From Octopus sinensis (taxonomy: Eukaryota): a DNA stretch of 64,000 nt. The translations under genes were made by a program, and so were the position numbers. Within the stretch, counting starts at the first letter, position 1. Every line of letters begins with the position of its first letter. The notes beneath the pieces are model-generated. The model did not search any database. It saw only the letters and a list, made by a program, of their open reading frames with translations, and had not been told where the DNA came from. Below, piece after piece: positions 55,759 to 64,000 of this stretch. Location: contig NC_043009.1 in NCBI RefSeq assembly GCF_006345805.1, positions 70,804,001 through 70,868,000 on the forward strand. The letters run 5' to 3'.

Positions 55759-56001
55759 GGAGAGTTTGCGAAAAAAACAAAAGACGAAGACAGGTGGTGT
55801 ACAAAACAAGTAGATGTGTTAGTATAACGCTCAGTAATCGAAAAAGTCTTTTACGATTCGAGTCTACTCTCTTCTACCGAAAGGGACACAAAAAGAAAGA
55901 AGGAGAGAAAAATGTGTGTAGTGGCTAACGATCTATGTATGTATGTATGTATATATGTATGTATGTATGTATGTATGCATATATATATATATATACACAC
56001 A

Positions 56002-56051
<50 letters not shown>

Positions 56052-56147
56052 TATATATATATATATATAATTTATATTTATACTGTGAAATTTGATTTAA
56101 TCCTAAATCTAATTTTTCCCTGTAAGTTTGGATTTACTCCCTAATAT

Positions 56148-56188
<41 letters not shown>

Positions 56189-56369
56189 GGAGTAAACACA
56201 TAAATGTGAAACAAGGTGGAAAAAAGAGTACTCAAATACCAGTGGTAGAGTAATATGCTTTATTTAAAGCAGCAGAAAATTCAACAAACCTGTTACTCTG
56301 AGTTTCCTGTTGCCGTTCATCGGACAGTTTTTGCTAGAATATATATATATATATATATATAATATATAT

Positions 56370-56401
<32 letters not shown>

Positions 56402-56430
56402 ATATATATATATATATATAATATATATAT
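55580..56430. repeat. (CT)n/(TA)n/(CA)n arrays containing short interspersed repeat fragments (55756-55932, 56070-56150, 56187-56338)
   Basis: Complex blocks embedded in TA arrays; they resemble PLE pseudo-LTR fragments (inference). Confidence 0.7.
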
Positions 56431-56479
56431 ATTATAGTGGGGTGCATATATATATTGTATATGTTTGTATGTATTTGAT

Positions 56480-56660
56480 ACAATATGAATTATGTCTACC
56501 CTCCTAAACCTGCACATTTTAAACACAATTATGTTCAGTCAATATCTTCCCACGATTTGCCACTTGCTTTCGTGTTGTGTATTTGTGTCCTTCAGTTCCT
56601 TGATGTGGTTCGCTGACTCAGTCGTCTTCGAAACCAAAATCATCTCTATCCTACCAAATA
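56480..56660 (-). mobile_element. Penelope-like GIY-YIG endonuclease C-terminal relic
   Basis: KTTESANHIKELKDTNTQHESKWQIV followed by KMCRF; cf. the PLE motif TELSxHIWELKDxN..IxWxI..KxCxLC. Confidence 0.55.
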
Positions 56661-57844
56661 CAAAAGCAGGGAGAAATTATATATTGGGATAAGTTTAAAC
56701 TTAAAATAAGATATACACAAACAATCAATCGTCGTTGCAGCGTGTCGACAAGAAAAGCACAAACCTAGCTATGTATTAAGTTTCATGCAGTCATTTCAAA
56801 TGTGTAGAAAATGCAAATCAAAGTCAACAAGGAATTGGAGTGTAACTGATTAACCAAAAATAAAATTAAAAGTAGAGATTTGTGTATTAAATGACTTAGA
56901 ATAATATAAGGAAGAATAATGCATCTTGCTGACGAGTGGTTAAATGTCTCCATTTATAACTAAAGCATTTGGGAAACGGAGGTAAAATACATTACCGAAA
57001 TCAAAACACGGGTTATAGAAGACATTTTAAACTACCATTGCAAAGAGACACCAGTTCTAAGAATGTAAGTTTGGAGAATATTCTTTCCTATCTCTTTCAA
57101 ATGCATAGTAAACACTGACTTCTAGAAAGAAAGTAAAGTGAGACGACACTTCTCTCTCGTTTGATTTCTACGAAGTGACGAAACTTATAAATTGATGGTA
57201 AAAAGTTTGAAGATATTATTAATAATATGATTTATAACACTTTGAAGTTGAAAGGATGCATTAAGAAGTTTAACAGTTGTGAAGTAAATATGGTCTTCAG
57301 CGGTGAATTTACGGCCACGTGCGTGAGCATCGCATTGGTTCCTGCATAACGCTTATGTAGGCATCATCTCTGTAGAGCAAAATGTCGACTTTGGAATATA
57401 AACAATTGATATTACTGAGCTTTTTACTCTATATTCGTATGATGTATGGCTGTTTTGGTTCCTGATTTTTGCTCCTCCTCTTCCAGTATCCATCAGTTCC
57501 AACATTTTACTAATTAATTCTAAGCAATTGAAACAGAGATATCTTAAACCATATAAAAATATATGCTGTGATTCTATATTGAAGCAGTTCTTAAAGTGAA
57601 GTGTTCAGTTTGTATGAACTTGTTACTCCCCAACTGAGCGACATATAGTTTATGTATGCTTCACAACTCCGCTAGACAAGAAAGCACGATCATTAGTCGA
57701 GGGACGTGGGAAATGCAAGTGAGTTTCAGTGGTTATTGTCGTATGGTAAATGGCAAGATAATTCTCCGCACGTGACAGATCGTAAATTGTGTTTCCCTAG
57801 CAATCTACATTTGTTGAAGAATTATAGTTTTGATGCCTGAGAAG

Positions 57845-57885
<41 letters not shown>

Positions 57886-58188
57886 TCGTTCACACGCTGC
57901 GGCCGATATATTGCGCTACGCCATCGATTACGTTGTAGAACGATTGTAAATATGAAAGACACACTAACACAGAGTAATGGGAGGCTGCTTCTAAACGACA
58001 GAGATAAACAATTGCTGTATCCCCATCATTGGTAAGTGTATGGAAGACAATGTGGGGAAGGAGGAGACAGAGGGAGGAGAAGGGTCAGGAAAGCTGATCG
58101 AAACAGAAAATGTCGTGAGAAAGCAAAAATAATTTTATAAAGTAAAAAAAAAGGCAAATTATTAAACAGAAAGCAAATAAGAGAAGGG

Positions 58189-58263
58189 AGCAGCAGCAGT
58201 AGCAGCAGCAGCAGTAGTAGTAGGGGTGGTGGTGGTGGTGGTGGTGGTGGTGGTGGTAGTAGC

Positions 58264-58313
<50 letters not shown>

Positions 58314-58322
58314 CAGTAGTAA
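58189..58322. repeat. (AGC)n-(GGT)n-(AGT)n compound trinucleotide repeat
   Basis: Seen directly in sequence. Confidence 0.95.
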
Positions 58323-59059
58323 TGGCTTAGGGTCGATTTTGGAATAAGTCTTCTGAGAAGATGATTAAATTTAATGCAAAGTCATCTAAGCCGCGGCTCT
58401 CAAACAATTTAATATGAATAAGATTCACAATTGCAAACGTTGGGCGACTTTAATCGGTGGTTGTCACAATCGGAATAAATCAACTCTTAATCAGATGGAA
58501 ATACTGACAGCGAAAATAACTTAGAAATATTTTAGTATCACACCGACTTCAAAACTAAATGCGTTTTGCCATCTTTCACTTTAATACCTTTTGGCGTTTT
58601 CGCCATCTTTCTTCTTTTTTTCATTTTTAACAAATTCTTTCTAAATAGGCGATGCTGTAACTAAATTGATTTGCGTTCTTGTTTAAATTGTATTGTTTAT
58701 CACAGTGGAATATTTTCCATATTAAATTTGTGAAGAAATTATATAGAATAAGTGTATAAGGACAGAATGATAATGATGATGATGATAATGATGATGATGA
58801 TGATGATGATGACGACGATGACGATGACGATACCGATGACGACGATGATGACGACGACGATGACGATGACGACGATAGCCACGATGACAATGGTGATGAT
58901 TTCATATGCCAACAGTTCAAGAAATAAAGGGGAAATACAAAAAGGGGGGATTTATATGAAATGAAGTGATTCGCCAAAAGAAGGCGAAAATCTACCCGGT
59001 GTACAATAAAATTAAAGAAACTGAGTATGCATGGCACACATCAGTAAAGCAAATATCAG

Positions 59060-59850
59060 GATTAACTCTGAGGATAATCGAAGAAGCCCACCACCCCTAA
59101 CCTCCCCGAATATCAAGGGCAGGTGATATTCAACCCCAGTTCTGTGACTCTCAGGTTTATGCCATCCACATTTGCCCTCCCCTAACAACTTTCAATAAAT
59201 TCAACCGAAGACAGTACCACACTCTCCATCCTCATTTTCCATTTTAATTGAAACCTGAAAAGTTTAGATGAGAACTGTACGAAAGGGGATTTGTCCTCAG
59301 GCCATTCAACCTCGTCCACCAGACATAGGAAAACTGTTATATCTGCCTGGTTGATAGACAAATCCGTCCCGCATGCAACAGCAGGTGTTCCGCTTTCTTC
59401 CTGAAGTCGCAATGTCCTGACACTGAAAGACTGCATGCAGAACAGTTTCATCTTTCTGTGTGCATCTCGGACAAGCTCGTCTGACAGAACATCTATACCT
59501 GCAGGGTTTATCTCAAACCGGTAGCACCCCCAAGTAGCACTGCCAGTACGAGGACCTCTTGTCTACCGACGACAAACGCCAACATATTTCGTTAACACCT
59601 TCGCCAAAATCTTAATTTCTGGGTTTCTGCGTCGAAAATTGCCAAGCGCGTTCCTTTGTCGGCGTCGTCCTTCCTGCGCAGCGTTACCACACTCTAGCCA
59701 AGAGCACCAGGTATTTTGCATTTCTGAAGGTAAGTTAAGGGAGAGGTGTGACAGGAGGCCGCCAAACGTATCTGGCATACCTGGCGATTTGCAGTTTGTG
59801 GAACCTCTCATCGCCTCTTCTATTTCAGTGGTCATTTCGCAAAATCTCCT
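59060..59850 (-). mobile_element. Tx1/L1-clade RT relic
   Basis: TTEIEEAMRG..KSPG.PD..GGL, then GNFR..NPEIKILAKVL (cf. NFRPISLLNxDxKILAKVL). Adjacent to (TATG)n. Confidence 0.65.
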
Positions 59851-59851
59851 G

Positions 59852-59870
59852 ATGTATGTATATATGTATG

Positions 59871-59904
<34 letters not shown>

Positions 59905-60120
59905 TGTATGTATGTATGTATGTATGTATGTATGTATGTATATCTGCGCGTGTGTGTGTGTGTGTTTGTGTGTGTATGTACGTGTGTGTTTGCGTGTGTA
60001 TGTGTGTATGTACGTGTGTGTTTGCGTGTGTATGTGTGTGTATGTATGTGTGTATGTATGTGTGTGTGTGTGTGTGTTTGTGTGAGTGTGTGTATGTATG
60101 TGTGTGTGTGTGTGTGTGCG
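59852..60120. repeat. (TATG)n/(TG)n array
   Basis: Seen directly in sequence. Confidence 0.95.
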
Positions 60121-61427
60121 CGTCTTTGTGTCTAAAATTTACAATATACTAGCATGCAGAACACGTTACTCGTACGTTCGGTGATTCTATTCACATTAAG
60201 TTCCCTATGTCCTACGCGCTGTGAATTCACTACTTTGGAAGACATTCAACCCATCAAATCGAATCTGCTGCGTTGGCAAACATAGAGACCAACGGAATCA
60301 CATTATGCTATGTCTTAAAAGCATAAATAACACCACATGCTGTGTGATAAACAATTACAGATATCGATATCCAAGCCATTCTATAATTCTTTCTTTCTTC
60401 CATCTTTATTTTGTCCTTCTCACCACGTATTTTAACAAATACATCTATTCTAAAAATAAGAAACAGTTTCACTTTTATTTAGCTTTCTGTAATGAAATAT
60501 AATTCTAATTTTCATATTTGTATTCGATTAAACTCATTGCTTTTTACGTTCAATCATTTTCTTGAAATTCCAGTCGAACATTTTCTGTGTGTGAACAACT
60601 TTTTTTTACATTACAGTAAAGAGAAATAAAGTGAATCTATAATACACCAGTGTATTATTTGTGCATCTATCCTCTAATCAAGATGGAAGCTAAAATCATT
60701 ATCGATAGCTTTGAGCAGGTTTGATGGGAGCTTTTGCTTTTAGTTCATGTGCGCCTGATTGATTTCATTTGGAAAATTCTACTGATTTTAAGTTTCACCA
60801 ATAATTAAATCAAATTCTTTGTCGCTAGTAAAATACGAAAAGATATCTGAGGTTATTAATACAAAAAATAATATTTTAAGGCTCGTTATTTCAGTTCTCA
60901 TTTCTCACGGCAATAATAGCAATGAGAAAATTGATTAGAAAACATAAAAGTAAACCAGCTTTCACATTAGAGACACCAAGAAAGTCTAATATGGGACATT
61001 GTTACAGATTCTGTTCGATGTCAGTGAAGGCACAAGGCACACAAGCACAACATAGGCACACACACACACACACACACACACACACCACACACACACACAT
61101 TGGGAGAAGGAGAGAGAAACAATCAAAGCACACATATATATTAGTAGATAGAAAGACAGAAGGCACCGAGCCTGGGTCCTTCCTTACACGGCATTGGTAA
61201 AAAGTAGAAAATAAGACTTTGGATTTGACAGAGTAAATATTTGATACAATATAAATTAAGCTTACAGCGAACAGATTCAAGTACTCACGTTTAAAATGCA
61301 TTTCTGTCGCCAAACGAGGGTAGACGAACAAGAACCTCTACAGCTATACAGTTCTATATTCAAGAGATGAGGAAATATGTACGTTATTTACAATTAACGG
61401 ATATTTGCCCTCATCTTGTTTGTTGTT

Positions 61428-61473
61428 AACACAACGTTTCGGCTGATATACCCTTCAGCCTTTATCAAATGTC
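61428..61473 (-). ncRNA. Minimal type I hammerhead ribozyme-like motif (variant core UUGAUAA)
   Basis: Minus strand GACAT-TTGATAA-A-GGCTGA-AGGGTATA-TCAGCC-GAAAC-GTT-GTGTT: stem I GACAT/GTGTT, 6-bp stem II, GAAA, palindromic ACGT stem III. Confidence 0.6.
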
Positions 61474-61523
61474 TTTGGAAAATTTCGAACCTGGGTTCTC
61501 ATTCCTTAGGTATTTTTCGATGT

Positions 61524-61537
61524 TATTATTATTATTA

Positions 61538-61592
<55 letters not shown>

Positions 61593-61835
61593 CATTATTA
61601 TTCAGTAGTATATTATTTTTCGCGTGCTTTCACTTCACTACCGAGCGCAGCTCTGTGTGCCTTGGATATGTGCTGTGATTTGTTGTGATGCTCTGATGTT
61701 TATTGTATGGAAAGTGTTTTGCGTTGGATGTGTGCAGTGCCTAGTAGTGCAATTTTCTGTATGTTATATATATCTGTTAGTCCTGGTGTTTTTGTTATGT
61801 ATTTGTCTGAATATTTTTTTTATCATACCTTGATA
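61524..61835 (-). mobile_element. RLE-type LINE 3' end, family E, with (TAA)n tail
   Basis: Minus strand KYSDKYITKTPGLTDIYNIQKIALLGTAHIQRKTLSIQ*; the UTR matches 52170-52250; TTA array at 61524-61601. Confidence 0.85.
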
Positions 61836-62459
61836 ACATTCTTGACTTCAGAACGGAGATTTTCGGGCCATGTTTACATTTCAGGAGGTTCCTGCTAGCT
61901 TTTTGGAGCCCACAAGATGGCGGCACAGCCGGAAGTCGATAGTCAATAGCAGAGGGAGATAATCCCCAATTGTTTAACTTTGAGTAGTGAGTTATTTCCT
62001 CCTCCATATTTTGAAGAGGTCATGGGCCAACAGGTTTTGGGATCTGACGATACGCCACAAAGCCCTTTGTGGACGGGAAACCTAAGGTAATCCCGTAAAC
62101 TGGTTTTCCCTATTTTTGAGCAGGTACAGAAGCAAATATAACGAATCATTAAAGATGTGTTCTAGAATTTCTTTGTCTTCTTATTATATACATTATATAC
62201 ATTATCTTATATACATTATATATATTATTAAATTATTATATTGTTATATATATATATTGGTATACATACATATAAAACCGTCGTGTATTGAACTCCTGTA
62301 CATTTGTTTAAATAATTAAAAACCGCCAGTCACATGGCATGCACGAGTTTTATGTGAACTTATCCGTTGTTCTCTATATATTGCAGTTAAAACAAACGCG
62401 GACAAACAATCGATTCCATCTCCGTTTTGATTTGTTGACTACTTGAATTGTTGTATCGT

Positions 62460-63105
62460 GAGTTAAATTGTTTTTACTTTTAATTTGCTCTTTTGTATCC
62501 AAAGAAACCTTATTTTGCTGTTTACGGCGACCTTGTCGAGGCTTTTCCCCTTGTGTGAAGGGATGATAACGGAAGAGATTAGCTCCTCAGATGTGTCGTC
62601 GTCTGAGGAGGAGCTGGTGAAGAATCTGGAGAAAACAGATGAAGCGATGGAGGTAAGGAAGTTTGCAAAGGCGCTGAACGAGAAAAGTGAAGATACATAC
62701 CTTGGCGATTTAAGCAAATTCAACGAAATGCTTAAAGGGGTGCGGAATGAAGTAAAGATGTTCTCCCCCACCCTCAGTAAGACTACGGAAGCGGTGACAA
62801 GAAGAACTTTACTTTATAGAACTTACAGGGTGAAACACCAACGAACAGAGGTCGTAACAAAATCAGAGGTTGAAAGGGATTTGAGACCCATATGGAAACA
62901 AGTAAAATACTTCACAAGGGGAAGGAAATTTGCAACGATGGAGGTGCGATTTGCATCAGAGGCTTTGGCCAGGCAACAAGCCGGGACTCCCCTCAAAACG
63001 GAGGATATACCTAGGAAGACGTGCTTCTCGGGTAAGGGTAGAAGAGATCCACCCCACCCCTGAGGTAGATGTTGCCTGGCTGGTAGCCGATATCCTACGG
63101 CAGAT
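62460..63105 (+). mobile_element. Probable Tx1/L1-clade ORF1 5' region
   Basis: Long open frame (62485-63063; ATG at 62563). YFTRGRKFATMEVRFASEALA, then frameshifted YLGRRASRVRVEEIHP..VAWLV, resembling RRM-like Tx1 ORF1. Confidence 0.55.
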
Positions 63106-63109
63106 TTTG

Positions 63110-64000
63110 TTAACGTTTCCCTCTTGTTTGAAGGGGAAAATTATTTTTATAATTTTGGTGGAATGTTTATGCCAGTTGTTGTAAAAGTGGACAAGTCTCC
63201 TGTTAAAGGTAAGTCCACCATGGATGGTGAGTAGGTCTTCGTTTGTCAAATTGATACTCTCTCGGTTCACTGGTTTCGGTGAACTGGAACCTTGGATTAA
63301 GCGTAGACCAAAGTTGGGAGCGTGGCAACCCGAGTGTCGCCACGCACTCGCGCTTCTCTCCTGGACGGGTGATGCCAGTGGAAGGCATTCTATAGAGGAT
63401 TGGTAGAGGATAAGTGTGAAGACACCCTGGGGGGAAACCCTGGGAGGAAACCCTGGGCTTTGATGAGAGCTTGCCGGCTTCTTGTTCCAAAGGACATTTG
63501 GGCCAGGGCCTACCAATAGTTTCCAAAAGTCCCTGGCTTGGCAATGTTACTGAGGAGCCTTACCAGTTCGAGATAAACTCGTCGGACATGGCTCTTCTTG
63601 CGCGTCCACTTACTCAAGAGGCGAACAGAGCAGTGAATCTGTTCTGCACACGATTGTGCAGTTTCCAAAAATTTCGGAAATGTTGGTTTATGTTAAACAA
63701 CAGTTGTCGTGTTTAGAAAGAGTACTGCTGTCTTCCGAGTCTATAATAAAAATTGTTCCACTGCCGTCTCTGGACAGAGAGGGTAAGGTTTGTTTGCGTA
63801 GTAGCTACAGCGAAAGAGGTTGTGTGGAAGACAGGTATGAAAGAATTGGTGACAGGCGTTTCCAACTCTGATCTGGTGTTGGTAAATCGCTTTGTTTTCC
63901 ACCTCAGAATGAAAATAAGGCTGGAAAGGAGACGCTTGTCACGTGGTACATACGGAAAAAGATGGAAGGAAGTTGCGAGTATACTGAGAGTAAATGATCC
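63110..64000 (-). mobile_element. Probable DIRS-type (tyrosine recombinase) retrotransposon relic, running off the window end
   Basis: Ordered remnants ALFAS*..AMSDEFISNW..PWPK (DIRS methyltransferase-like DLFAS..DAF..W..PxWP), KLSSKP..QGFP..VFTLIL, and GCHAP..RLIQG...KP..PREY (YR N-terminal GxHP..RF.KG...RP..PRY). Confidence 0.5.

Noticed and set aside
56640-56680. Apparent minus-strand splice acceptor followed by an open frame
   Set aside because: The peptide matches a Penelope endonuclease remnant better than a host exon.

Overview
AT-rich, microsatellite-dense eukaryotic DNA. The SINE types and repeat spectrum fit an octopus or other coleoid cephalopod; this is inferred from recalled repeat families, not from a search. 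I can support no intact host protein-coding gene, rRNA, tRNA or CRISPR array, and most ORF-track entries are translations of (TA)n, (CA)n, (GATA)n, (AAT)n or (GAA)n. The window is intronic or intergenic DNA filled with transposon remains. These include about 12 fragments of RLE-type (R4/Dong-like) LINEs clustered at (TAA)n arrays, two young 5'-truncated CR1/L2-group LINEs, three Tx1/L1 pieces and several Penelope-like (PLE) relics. There is also a full-length degenerate Tc1-like element with TIRs, a mariner relic, a hAT-type MITE, probable hAT, gypsy and DIRS relics, and two families of tRNA-derived SINEs. The most interesting signals are: a minimal type I hammerhead ribozyme motif with a compensatory U3-A8 core (61428-61473, minus) plus weaker related motifs; a 560-bp non-coding element embedded in (TAA)n; two long inverted repeats; a 129-bp unit duplicated 23 kb apart next to (GAA)n; and an apparent partition of retroelement clades among different microsatellite targets. 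None of these is proven to be a new biological system.
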